Shown one piece after another: positions 55,447 through 64,000 of a stretch of DNA of 64,000 bases. The stretch spans positions 96,001 to 160,000 of the IMG/VR virus record IMGVR_UViG_3300029305_004606; one strand, written 5' to 3'. Position numbers and translations under genes: made by a program. Numbering within the stretch: position 1 is the first letter of the stretch; each line of letters opens with the position of its first letter. Below the pieces are notes generated by a model. The model did no database searches. It had not been told where the DNA came from and saw nothing but the letters and a program-made list of their open reading frames with translations. Origin of the DNA: a virus (lineage: Duplodnaviria > Caudoviricetes).

Positions 55447-56910
55447 ATGCCATCACAATTAAGCAATTATCTAACAGATGAAGAATTGGAAGCTTATATT
55501 ACTGGTAATGACGAATCTAATGTAGACCAGACAATATCAAAGATTATGACTACCAGAACTAATGGTATAGAAGGTTTACCTTATCAGTTTATGGAATCTG
55601 TTGATCGTAGAGTTGTTACAGAAACAGAAACAACTGATGTTGGAAGAAAGTATGGTGAAAGGATATTCTCCAGATTACCTCTTTTATTCTTGACTCCTTG
55701 TGAGCCACTGTTTATGGACGAGTTTACTAGAACTGAAAGAAGAAGTGTAGTTGGTAATCTTCTTGGAAATCTTTCTGGAGACGCTTTACAAACTCTCAAT
55801 TCTTCTGGAAGATATTATACTATAGACTTCAACTACGTTGAATACTATAAGTATTTGAATACAATGCTATCTGCTCTTTCTGTATATCTTGAATATAACG
55901 GAGATAGCTTATACAATACAAAAATTAAAATTGGAGATCAGGAACCAAAAAGAATAGGTACTATTGACTGGTCAAAGGAATTGAATAGTGATTTTAAGAC
56001 TTTCTTCTCCGCTCAAGAAAATGTAGTATTCTATTTAGACGGATTAACTTCCATTTCAGAAAGTTTTGGAAATGATACCACTGAATCATCTCTAGCATCT
56101 CAGATTAATGGTTTCTCGGACACTGCTAGAGAAATTCGATATTTGTTCGGTTCTAGAGGAAATGCTGCTGCTGAATTGGTCAATTCTGGTGCAAGTATAA
56201 CAAGTAGTATTACAGAAAGTATGTCTGGAGCACTTACAAATGTATTTGGTGGTATTGTAGGTTCTATTTCAAACAATGGTGTTAATACACTATTGAATGG
56301 TGGAAAAATTATATTCCCTGAAATGTGGTCTAACTCTAGTTTTGATAAGTCTTATACAATAGATATCAAACTTAGATCTCCTGATCATGATAATTTAAGT
56401 ATCTTTTTGAATGTCTTGAAACCTTATTGTAAAATTCTTGCATTAGTTATGCCAAGACAAACAATATCAGATAGTTCTGGTGACCCTAATGGATATTCTG
56501 CTCCTTTCCTAGTAAAGGCATATTGTAAGGGAATGTTTAATATTGACATGGGAATCATTAGTTCTCTTTCTGTTACAAAAGGTGCTGAATGTTGTTGGAA
56601 TGATGATGGTTTACCTACACAGATTGATATTAGTATTGAGATCAAAGATATGTATAAACATCTTGCTATGTCAACACTTGATATTACACATCCAATTCAG
56701 TCTGCAAGGAATATTGTAAATAATACTGCTTATATGGATTTCTTAGCTAATATGGCTGGATTAAATATAGGTCAGATGGAAGTTGGTAGACGAATTACAA
56801 TGTTATATTATTTGTCACAAAACTATGTATCAAGATCATCTTCCTCTGTATTCCGTAAGTTTGATCAGGGTGTAACAAAATTGATAGGTAAAATGTACAG
56901 AAGTATATAA
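55447..56910 (+). CDS. Probable baseplate hub / tail-tube-initiator-like structural protein
   Basis: Follows the tape measure gene; IFPE.W..S.F.KSY...KLRSP...P.L....G....SLSV......GLPT.I.ISI pattern resembles T4 gp48/54-like tube-fold proteins. Confidence 0.55.
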   Translation: MPSQLSNYLTDEELEAYITGNDESNVDQTISKIMTTRTNGIEGLPYQFMESVDRRVVTETETTDVGRKYGERIFSRLPLLFLTPCEPLFMDEFTRTERRSVVGNLLGNLSGDALQTLNSSGRYYTIDFNYVEYYKYLNTMLSALSVYLEYNGDSLYNTKIKIGDQEPKRIGTIDWSKELNSDFKTFFSAQENVVFYLDGLTSISESFGNDTTESSLASQINGFSDTAREIRYLFGSRGNAAAELVNSGASITSSITESMSGALTNVFGGIVGSISNNGVNTLLNGGKIIFPEMWSNSSFDKSYTIDIKLRSPDHDNLSIFLNVLKPYCKILALVMPRQTISDSSGDPNGYSAPFLVKAYCKGMFNIDMGIISSLSVTKGAECCWNDDGLPTQIDISIEIKDMYKHLAMSTLDITHPIQSARNIVNNTAYMDFLANMAGLNIGQMEVGRRITMLYYLSQNYVSRSSSSVFRKFDQGVTKLIGKMYRSI

Positions 56911-56918
56911 AATGATTT

Positions 56919-56952
56919 AAGAGATACCCTATTATAAGGGTATCTCTTTTAT
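56919..56952 (+). terminator. Intrinsic terminator
   Basis: AAGAGATACCCT/AGGGTATCTCTT stem followed by T's. Confidence 0.75.
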
Positions 56953-57041
56953 TGTATATCATTAGATTTAGTAAAAAATAACAAAAAAAGTAACGGTTTA
57001 ATAATTACTAAACTTACTTTTGGTAGAAAGTGAGGTAAAGT

Positions 57042-57527
57042 ATGGATTATAATAATATTATAGTACCAATTTCATTTGATCCGTCTCTAATTGGTCATAA
57101 TTTTATAATGATAGATGTACCAGGAGAACCTTTTGCTAAGCAGCGACCGAGAGCAGCTAAGAAGGGTAGATATATAACAATATATACTCCTAGAGAGACG
57201 AAACAATATGAAGAAAAAGTAAGAAAAGTTTATAATGCTATGTATGGAAGTTACCAATTAGAGGGTGACTTAACTGCTGAAATAGAAGGAACTTTTTCTA
57301 TTCCTAATTCTGTTTCCAAAAAGAAACGTCAAGAAATGATAGAAGGTAAAGTTCCACATACTAAAAAACCCGATTGTGATAATATGGGTAAAATTTGTTT
57401 GGACGCATTAAATGAAGTAGCCTATCCTGATGATGCAGCAATAAACAAATTATGGATTTCTAAAGAATATGGAGATATTGCTAAAGTGAGAATCACTATA
57501 ATAGAAAATAAAATGATATCAGAATAG
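57042..57527 (+). CDS. rusA: RusA-family Holliday junction resolvase
   Basis: VPGEPFAKQRPR...YTP..T..YE...KKPDCDNMGK..LDALNEVAYPDDA; AACG-N6-TAAT promoter at 56992-57005. Confidence 0.92.
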   Translation: MDYNNIIVPISFDPSLIGHNFIMIDVPGEPFAKQRPRAAKKGRYITIYTPRETKQYEEKVRKVYNAMYGSYQLEGDLTAEIEGTFSIPNSVSKKKRQEMIEGKVPHTKKPDCDNMGKICLDALNEVAYPDDAAINKLWISKEYGDIAKVRITIIENKMISE

Positions 57528-57541
57528 GAGACTGAATAACT

Positions 57542-57916
57542 ATGGATATGAGTAAATATTATGAATATAGGCAAAAAATTAGAGCACTGTATGATCAGGA
57601 GCCGTTTAGTAGTAATGATCTTGGAAGTAAAATTCTTGAGATTAAAGATAAAAATAGGTGTATTGTATCTATGTCTTTAGATCTAAATGCTTATTACATC
57701 CAGGCTCAGTTTGAAGATGGAACACCGTTTGAGAAAGTTAATAAAATTTGCGATTCAATTCTTAAAAGAATTGGATATTATTTATCAGATAATATCGATT
57801 CTATTCCTGATCTTGAACCGGAAGATAAAGATGCGATTAGATCGATGTTAAATAATCCTGCAGCTACATATTGTGATCATATTGTGATTGGAAACATGGT
57901 TAAAATTAACCTGTAA
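57542..57916 (+). CDS. Hypothetical protein
   Basis: 124-aa ORF, AGGAG RBS. Confidence 0.75.
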   Translation: MDMSKYYEYRQKIRALYDQEPFSSNDLGSKILEIKDKNRCIVSMSLDLNAYYIQAQFEDGTPFEKVNKICDSILKRIGYYLSDNIDSIPDLEPEDKDAIRSMLNNPAATYCDHIVIGNMVKINL

Positions 57917-57929
57917 CAAACATAAATAT

Positions 57930-58038
57930 AATGAGTCGGATTGGACACCCGATCTCATAGCTTTTGGATAAAGCTAAAGTTGACATCACCTCAAAGCAGA
58001 ACCCCTAAGGCATTGCTGCCTTAGGGGTTTTGTATTTT
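57930..58038 (+). ncRNA. Candidate small RNA with exposed anti-Shine-Dalgarno-like ATCACCTC
   Basis: Perfect AACA-TAAATA-TAAT promoter (57919-57932); two hairpins; unpaired linker; terminator. Confidence 0.55.
57997..58038. terminator. Terminator between convergent units
   Basis: CAGAACCCCTAAGGC/GCCTTAGGGGTTTTG stem. Confidence 0.85.
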
Positions 58039-58040
58039 GA

Positions 58041-59528
58041 TTATTTCATTCCATCTAATACTTTCTTAATATAAGCAGAATCTACTTTATCAAGCTGCAA
58101 AGTATTAACAGTTTCTAAGAAACCATACATAACCTTAGAAGCTTCTACAATAAGATCTGTATCAAGAGTACCGGATTCGGTAATATAATTTTCTCTTACA
58201 ACTTCATCTTTGATGATACTTCTAGAAAGGTTTCTAGACATCTTTTCGAATACTGTCATATTACGATGCTCTTTAATACTGTCGATATGTCTCTTATAGA
58301 TTCTAACTGATTCTTCAGCAATCTTAGCTTTAGTTTCATCTTTACCGTCAAGATCTTCAATAGTCTTAACATTGTTAGAAATCTTGTTAAGAAGTTCATC
58401 AATCTTTTTCTTATCTTCAGCATTATTTCTGATGAAAGTTTCCTCAGCATCTGCGATTCTAGAACGAATGATTTCTACTGCTTTCTGAACATCTTCTTCT
58501 TTGTTAAGTTCATCGAAGATTTTACCATCATTTCCAGTATGTCCATCAATAGTAGTATCCTGATCTACACCATCATCATCTAACGGTTCACCAAGTTCAT
58601 CATCAACATGATCCTCTACATCTTCTTTAGAAGGCTCGTCATCAGAATCATCGTCTTCATCATCCTCGTCATCGTCATCCTTGTCATCATCTTTAGGATC
58701 ATCTTCAAAGGTAGTATCTTTCAAAGGATCTTCATCTTCTTTCTGCTTTTCATCTTCTTCAGATTTTTCTTCACCAGCAGGTTCTTCAGGAGCTTCTCCT
58801 TCTTCCTTTTTATCTTCACCTTCTTCAGGTTTATCTTCAGATTTAGGAAGCTGAAGTTCTACTTCTTCCTTGCTTTCATTGTCTGCGTCTTCTTCAGCAG
58901 CTTTCTTTTCTTCTCTCTTTTCTGCAGCCTCTTCAGATTTTCTCTCTTCCTCTTCTTTAGCAGCAGTAAAGATCTGACTCATAAAGTCATGTACATCTTT
59001 CTTTCTTGCAGTTTTAAGAAACTCTGCAGCAGCTGCAATAGCAGCATCTTTCTTCTTTGAACCTGAATTTTCTTTTTCATCAGAATCTTCAATAGGTTCT
59101 TCTGCTTCGATTTCTTTTACATCTGCTTCAGCAGCATCTTCTACAATCTGAGTAATTCTAGAAAGCAAATATGTTTTGTTTCCTACTTTACTAAGAATAG
59201 CAGATGCACCACCATTTTCTTTGATCCAGTTTTCTACCATACTCTCTGCAAGAATGATACCATCATCTGTGAGGGTAGAAGCTTCAAGAGCTCCGATATA
59301 GATAGCTTTGATAACTGTACCAAAAGCTTCATTTCTAGCTGCTTCCATAAGAGCTGCTCTAGAAGAAGCCTTACGATTTCTCATATCCATAATAGTATGA
59401 TACTTATTGTTGAACTGTTCTCTCACAGCAACTTTCTCGTTAACAGCATTGATTTCTCTCTGTGCTAACTGAGAACGAGACTCAGCGAGATTCTTATATG
59501 ATTCTACAACTTCGTTTTCACGTCTCAT
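58041..59528 (-). CDS. Highly acidic probable head scaffold / prohead core protein
   Basis: Central D/E-rich disordered region flanked by helical parts; many hydrophobic-x-E-S/A sites; perfect late promoter at 59555-59568 (-). Confidence 0.55.
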   Translation of the reverse strand: MRRENEVVESYKNLAESRSQLAQREINAVNEKVAVREQFNNKYHTIMDMRNRKASSRAALMEAARNEAFGTVIKAIYIGALEASTLTDDGIILAESMVENWIKENGGASAILSKVGNKTYLLSRITQIVEDAAEADVKEIEAEEPIEDSDEKENSGSKKKDAAIAAAAEFLKTARKKDVHDFMSQIFTAAKEEEERKSEEAAEKREEKKAAEEDADNESKEEVELQLPKSEDKPEEGEDKKEEGEAPEEPAGEEKSEEDEKQKEDEDPLKDTTFEDDPKDDDKDDDDEDDEDDDSDDEPSKEDVEDHVDDELGEPLDDDGVDQDTTIDGHTGNDGKIFDELNKEEDVQKAVEIIRSRIADAEETFIRNNAEDKKKIDELLNKISNNVKTIEDLDGKDETKAKIAEESVRIYKRHIDSIKEHRNMTVFEKMSRNLSRSIIKDEVVRENYITESGTLDTDLIVEASKVMYGFLETVNTLQLDKVDSAYIKKVLDGMK

Positions 59529-59567
59529 TAGAGTAAACCTCCTTTATATTGGTTATTAATTGGATGT

Positions 59568-62279
59568 TTAAACAAGTTCGATATAGATGTTAGGAACTAA
59601 TCGATTTGTTTCTTTGTCCTTATGATTCCTAATATTGATAAATTCAGGAACAATTACAGGACTTTCCTCTGATATATTAATAATATGCTGATCATCTGCA
59701 TCAAATCTATTAAAACCAACAAATTCAATGAACCAGATTCTTTCAGAAAATTCATTAATAATATCTCTAATAAGATTAGGAGCGTGCCAATCAGAAATAT
59801 CATTGAGATCTTCAATATAATTCTTAATAGCAAGAGCAACCTCATCTTTAATACTAATATCAGAAGCATCTTTTATAGATAACTTAAATCTCATAGTAAT
59901 ATCAATATCACCAATAAGAGTACTCTGATCTTCCAGAGAATAAGTTAATGAAGGACCATAAGTATTGAAGAATTTAAAATCAATATTCATTGGATTCTCA
60001 AGTAAAGCAAGACAATAATTGATATAAGCTTTCTTTTCTTCAATAGCTTCTAATACATAGTTAGCCCCAGCATCAGTATCCAAATAATGTCTACCAATAC
60101 AAGGTACACCATTAACGATATAGTCAAATTTATTATCAGAGTCTACATCGATTCTGGTATTTGTAATACTGGTATAATTCTCAAAGAAATTAATACCTTC
60201 TACAGCTTTATAGATATTAACTACTGTAAAATCACCATAGTCTGGAGCAATCTTATCAATATCCATTCTAGGATGTATAGTAGTATTAGTTGAATCAAAT
60301 CTAGCTAATACATAAATTGCAGCTTCTGTATTTTCATCAACGTATCCATAGATCTCATGAGAAGAACCTGCTTCTTTCATACCTAATACTTTTAATCTAT
60401 TATGATCATCCATCATATTATCTGTAGCAATTACAGTGTTAAAATTATAGATACCATTATAAGCATTTTCATTATCCCACTCATATTCACATTCTGTCCA
60501 TCTATAAGGTACACCTTCTCTGTACAATACAAGAACAACTTTAAGATTTTCAGTTTCAATTCTCGAAACGTTTTTAGTTCCATCAGGATTAGTAACAATT
60601 TCTTCTGTAAAGTAATTGAATACTGTTTCATGATCAACGATAGACTGAGCAATACCAAATCTAATATTATAATCAGATTGTTTAGTAATAATCTGTCTTG
60701 AGAAATGGAATCTATTTGCAATAAACTGTACATCACAAGCATCATTTACATAATCATATACAAAATATGACTGATAATTAAATCCTGTAAAATAATATGC
60801 TGTATATAATGGATCGTGACACACAACGATATTATACAAGCTTGTATAGTAATAATATCCGGAATTGAAATAAGCATCTGAATATAATTCAGGTATTTCT
60901 GCATCACTTACAGGTTCTGCAATCATAGTTGTAGGGTCAAGTTTAAAGAAAGTACCAGCAGGAAGAATATATCTACCATCATCACAAACCATTAAGAATA
61001 TACTATCAAGAGTAATTCTTAAATTAATTGTATTTGTAGGAATAATGTTTCCAAACTCATCTTTCAACAAGTTATAAGCGTACCAAATTCTTTCTAACTG
61101 ATTATCTCTTTTCTTTTTCATAACAATACGATTTTCATCAGTATTAATCATATTGAAATAACCCTGTAAATCTGTCTCTGTAGTGATACTTCCTCTTGAC
61201 ATAGCAGCTTTAGGAATTAACTTCTGAAGTTCTGCTTTAGTTTTCTTATCACTACCACCTTCAGAATCAGTAACTGCTACAAAATAACAACTAATAGCTT
61301 TGTATCCATACTTATCAGATTCCATATCAACATACAAGCCTTCGGAAGTTCTGTCAATTCCAAGATATTCGAAATTACCAGACTTACCTAAAGTAGTATA
61401 TGCTTTAATTTCAATCTGAGTATTTAATCCAGGCATATAAGATTTATTATCAAATGTAATTCTTACAGTATTATCTGCTGTAAAGATATACCAACAATAA
61501 TTCTCAATATCAGGATTAATTACAGATCCATACATATAAGGAGTAACTAAAGTTTCAACTCCGTTATCTGTACAAGTAACTTTGAAGTTAGCAATTTGAT
61601 TATCATATTGGAAAGTGTAAGTTTTGTTCTCAATGATAGAATCAGATACCATAGAATCAGTGGTAACTTCTACTGTACATTGTCTGAGAGTAGCCTGGAT
61701 ACCAAGATACTTTTCAGGACCAATAGTAATAATAAAAGGTTGCTTCAAATAAGGGTTAGTTATATTGCTTAGAGGGTTATAAATCTTATCTCCATCTTCA
61801 TCAGTAATAATATACTGAGCTGAATATGAGTAATTATTTGTAGAAATTTTTCTTCTTCTAATCCTTACATCATAATCAAGATGAAATTCATAAGTATCAA
61901 TGAAGATAGGACAATCTGCATCAAGATAGAAGCAGTTTTCATCATTGTACTTTTCAATGTCAGATAACTTAACACAGATAGTTGCTGTAATTCTTGCAGG
62001 AGTTGCATTGATATCAGTAATACCATGATAAGTAGCATGAGCTAAGACATTTTTTGTAAGGTTTGCTCTTGTAGCAAACATTTCGTTGCCTAACTGTCCA
62101 GCCATAATTGTAGAAGTCTGAATCTTCTTAGCTTCAGTATCAGCAATAAAACCATATATACCGAGAGCTAGAGTAGTCTCATCTTCGTCTTCAATATATC
62201 TAGCTTGAACTTTCTTAACTGAGTCTAATATATCATAGACATCAGTATTGATTGACCAATCAGTAGTCTTCTTTCCCAT
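59568..62279 (-). CDS. Baseplate wedge subunit (T4 gp6-like)
   Basis: FATRA....VL.HA..G, VRITF, TTLGKSGN and SEGGSD....EL...P.....RGSITTETDL correspond to gp6/baseplate-J motifs. Confidence 0.8.
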   Translation of the reverse strand: MGKKTTDWSINTDVYDILDSVKKVQARYIEDEDETTLALGIYGFIADTEAKKIQTSTIMAGQLGNEMFATRANLTKNVLAHATYHGITDINATPARITATICVKLSDIEKYNDENCFYLDADCPIFIDTYEFHLDYDVRIRRRKISTNNYSYSAQYIITDEDGDKIYNPLSNITNPYLKQPFIITIGPEKYLGIQATLRQCTVEVTTDSMVSDSIIENKTYTFQYDNQIANFKVTCTDNGVETLVTPYMYGSVINPDIENYCWYIFTADNTVRITFDNKSYMPGLNTQIEIKAYTTLGKSGNFEYLGIDRTSEGLYVDMESDKYGYKAISCYFVAVTDSEGGSDKKTKAELQKLIPKAAMSRGSITTETDLQGYFNMINTDENRIVMKKKRDNQLERIWYAYNLLKDEFGNIIPTNTINLRITLDSIFLMVCDDGRYILPAGTFFKLDPTTMIAEPVSDAEIPELYSDAYFNSGYYYYTSLYNIVVCHDPLYTAYYFTGFNYQSYFVYDYVNDACDVQFIANRFHFSRQIITKQSDYNIRFGIAQSIVDHETVFNYFTEEIVTNPDGTKNVSRIETENLKVVLVLYREGVPYRWTECEYEWDNENAYNGIYNFNTVIATDNMMDDHNRLKVLGMKEAGSSHEIYGYVDENTEAAIYVLARFDSTNTTIHPRMDIDKIAPDYGDFTVVNIYKAVEGINFFENYTSITNTRIDVDSDNKFDYIVNGVPCIGRHYLDTDAGANYVLEAIEEKKAYINYCLALLENPMNIDFKFFNTYGPSLTYSLEDQSTLIGDIDITMRFKLSIKDASDISIKDEVALAIKNYIEDLNDISDWHAPNLIRDIINEFSERIWFIEFVGFNRFDADDQHIINISEESPVIVPEFINIRNHKDKETNRLVPNIYIELV

Positions 62280-63424
62280 TATACAACGTCATCTCCTCTC
62301 CATTTAAGTTTATATACATATCCAGTAGGAGAAGCTTTAGCAGCTTCTGTATCTGTTTCCTTTACAATATAAGCTGCTCTAGCAGGTCTCATATCAGCAT
62401 GATCTAAAACTCTATTATGAGGTGTAATCTGATAAGGCTGAGCATTATAATAAGGAAGCGACAAATTATTAAAGTCAGCAATAATATCAGGTCTCATATC
62501 TTCGTAGAATGCTGCTCTGAAATCAACACTATATGAAATACCATTGTCAAAGTTAGGATTTGAAAATACATCTCTAGGAAGAGATTTAGGTACCACACCA
62601 TACATCTTTCCATAATAAATAATAGTTTCCATATCCTCATCTACAATGAATTTATAGATAGCAAACTGATCATGTAAGATCTTGTTTACTGTGTAATACT
62701 TACTGGGAGCTATTACACCATGATGTTTCAAAGTTTCATATTCCTCATAAGCTTTGAAAAACATATAGGTATCTAAATACCTTGTATCCTTAAACTCAAG
62801 AGAAAATTCAGGGTTATCATCTGATGCTTCAGATGATCCCCTATATGAATATCCAACACCATACATATTAGTTGGAGTATCGATCATTTCAGAATTCAAT
62901 GCAGGTACATCAAGATTTGATATAACCTGGTTCTGTAACAGGTGATTGAAAGGATCTGCTGAGCCGACAGATAATTGTAAAGATTTGAGAGTTGTATCTT
63001 TTCTTGTATTAAACAAGTCTACCCAAAAAGGAATATCTGCCAATGCAGCATTAAGTTCACTGGTCTTAAGTACAACGCCATTATCATCCATTGGTAAAAT
63101 ATGCAAATCGGGTCTAGTGAAGAATAAATATTCTCTAGCTGTAGATATTGCTCCATATGGATTCGTTAAACCGAATCTAAATGTCTTATGATGTAATGCA
63201 TTTTTGATCTCATTTCTTTCAAAAATATTTGCACCATGCATTGCAGCTTTAAGCATAGAAGAATTACTTATACCTGATCTGTCAGTGATATTGTTTAATA
63301 TATCATCTCCAGTTAATATAGTTGATGCTCCGCCATCATCATGTGATTCAGGCACAGGTAAAGGTTTCTTAATATTTTCATCTCCATTTTGCCCTCTTGT
63401 TACATCTTTTGATCTTGTTGGCAT
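62279..63424 (-). CDS. Probable baseplate/tail-tube-fold structural protein
   Basis: Coupled to the baseplate wedge gene; YLFFTRPDL..FSLEFKD..YYGK.YGV.PKS.P; late promoter at 63450-63463 (-). Confidence 0.55.
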   Translation of the reverse strand: MPTRSKDVTRGQNGDENIKKPLPVPESHDDGGASTILTGDDILNNITDRSGISNSSMLKAAMHGANIFERNEIKNALHHKTFRFGLTNPYGAISTAREYLFFTRPDLHILPMDDNGVVLKTSELNAALADIPFWVDLFNTRKDTTLKSLQLSVGSADPFNHLLQNQVISNLDVPALNSEMIDTPTNMYGVGYSYRGSSEASDDNPEFSLEFKDTRYLDTYMFFKAYEEYETLKHHGVIAPSKYYTVNKILHDQFAIYKFIVDEDMETIIYYGKMYGVVPKSLPRDVFSNPNFDNGISYSVDFRAAFYEDMRPDIIADFNNLSLPYYNAQPYQITPHNRVLDHADMRPARAAYIVKETDTEAAKASPTGYVYKLKWRGDDVV

Positions 63425-63487
63425 TATCTTAATCCTCCTTTCCGTAAGAATTATAGTAATGTTTGCAGATTACCAAATCTACAGATG

Positions 63488-63500
63488 ATTATATAATATA
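63488..63500 (+). promoter_or_regulatory. Early-type promoter (ATTATATAATATA)
   Basis: One mismatch to the motif; divergent from the late promoter at 63450-63463. Confidence 0.55.
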
Positions 63501-63665
63501 ATAATGAAACAAGAGATAATTATTCTATTTTTATAAGATTTTTAACCTATAATTTCTTTGAATAAAGTGTACTGTATAATCTCAATTTAGACTATTATAA
63601 CTCTCCCCTCACCTTAAAGTTGTGCTTAAACTAAGCATTAAATTTTATTAGGTGGAGGTGTTGTA

Positions 63666-63857
63666 ATGGGTGTAGATAGAAGATTAATCCAGAGTGTTAT
63701 GAACCATTCTGTAGTCGAAGAATTTCTTATCGGAAAGGATAAAAAAGATGGATATATGATCATGAAACCACAAGTAGATTTTAAGATCAATGCTGATATA
63801 AACTGGGACAAAAAATGTGCTAGTTTAAGCATACAATTTAAGTTATTTTTCATCTAA
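63666..63857 (+). CDS. Small hypothetical protein
   Basis: 63-aa ORF with GGAGGTG RBS. Confidence 0.6.
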   Translation: MGVDRRLIQSVMNHSVVEEFLIGKDKKDGYMIMKPQVDFKINADINWDKKCASLSIQFKLFFI

Positions 63858-63931
63858 ATAGAGCCTAAAATTACAGAACACTTTATTTTTTGAACACTCA
63901 TATAAATATTACCGAAAAGGAGGGTAAATCA

Positions 63932-64000
63932 ATGCATAGTGTGTTGAATGAAGGTAGCTTTATGGATGCCATTACTAGCGTTGCAAGTGACGTAGCTAAG
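63932..64000 (+). CDS. 5' end of a probable virion protein (partial)
   Basis: AACA-CTCATA-TAAA promoter at 63893; AAGGAGGG RBS; MHSVLNEG... Confidence 0.6.
   Translation, partial: MHSVLNEGSFMDAITSVASDVAK

Noticed and set aside
1-64000. CRISPR array, tRNA or rRNA genes
   Set aside because: No regularly spaced repeat-spacer series and no cloverleaf with T-loop recognised by eye; a tRNAscan-SE run would be needed to exclude atypical tRNAs
1-64000. Stop-codon reassignment
   Set aside because: Long genes are intact in the standard code, and TAA, TAG and TGA all end genes just before RBSs or terminators
1-64000. Chimallin or PhuZ tubulin (phage nucleus genes)
   Set aside because: No tubulin GGGTGS motif, and no ORF could be recognised as chimallin from sequence alone; nucleus formation can be neither claimed nor excluded

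Overview
The window is an AT-rich, gene-dense segment of a jumbo bacteriophage of the phiKZ/AR9-type lineage that encodes its own multisubunit RNA polymerase. Strong GGAGG ribosome-binding sites and Clostridia-style cell-wall hydrolase repeats point to a Bacillota host (inference). Recognisable genes are a beta-like RNAP subunit with a long N-terminal extension (32999-38110, -), a split beta'-like fragment (21985-23295), a tape measure protein with two C39-like peptidase domains and a tail-lysozyme domain (44693-55369), baseplate proteins, a GH73+amidase_3 hydrolase with Ig-like repeats, an HEXXH metalloprotease, RNase H, RusA, a macrodomain protein, a DNA-polymerase-like palm fragment, a kinase-like protein and a sigma70 region-4 protein. 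Two phage promoter classes are readable directly: ATTATATATTATA (early-type, about 10 copies) and (A)AC(A/T)-N6-TAAT (AR9 late-type, about 16 copies). Several promoter-to-terminator units contain no substantial ORF and look like an undescribed set of structured small RNAs with exposed C-rich/anti-Shine-Dalgarno motifs; the largest is a ~340-nt multi-helix element at 30333-30680. Also notable are short peptide motifs shared between unrelated proteins (PISFDPSLI; a 28-aa DYDFG...DFN motif) and a prion-like protein coupled to the kinase. All functional calls come from motif recognition by eye; no searches or folding programs were run.
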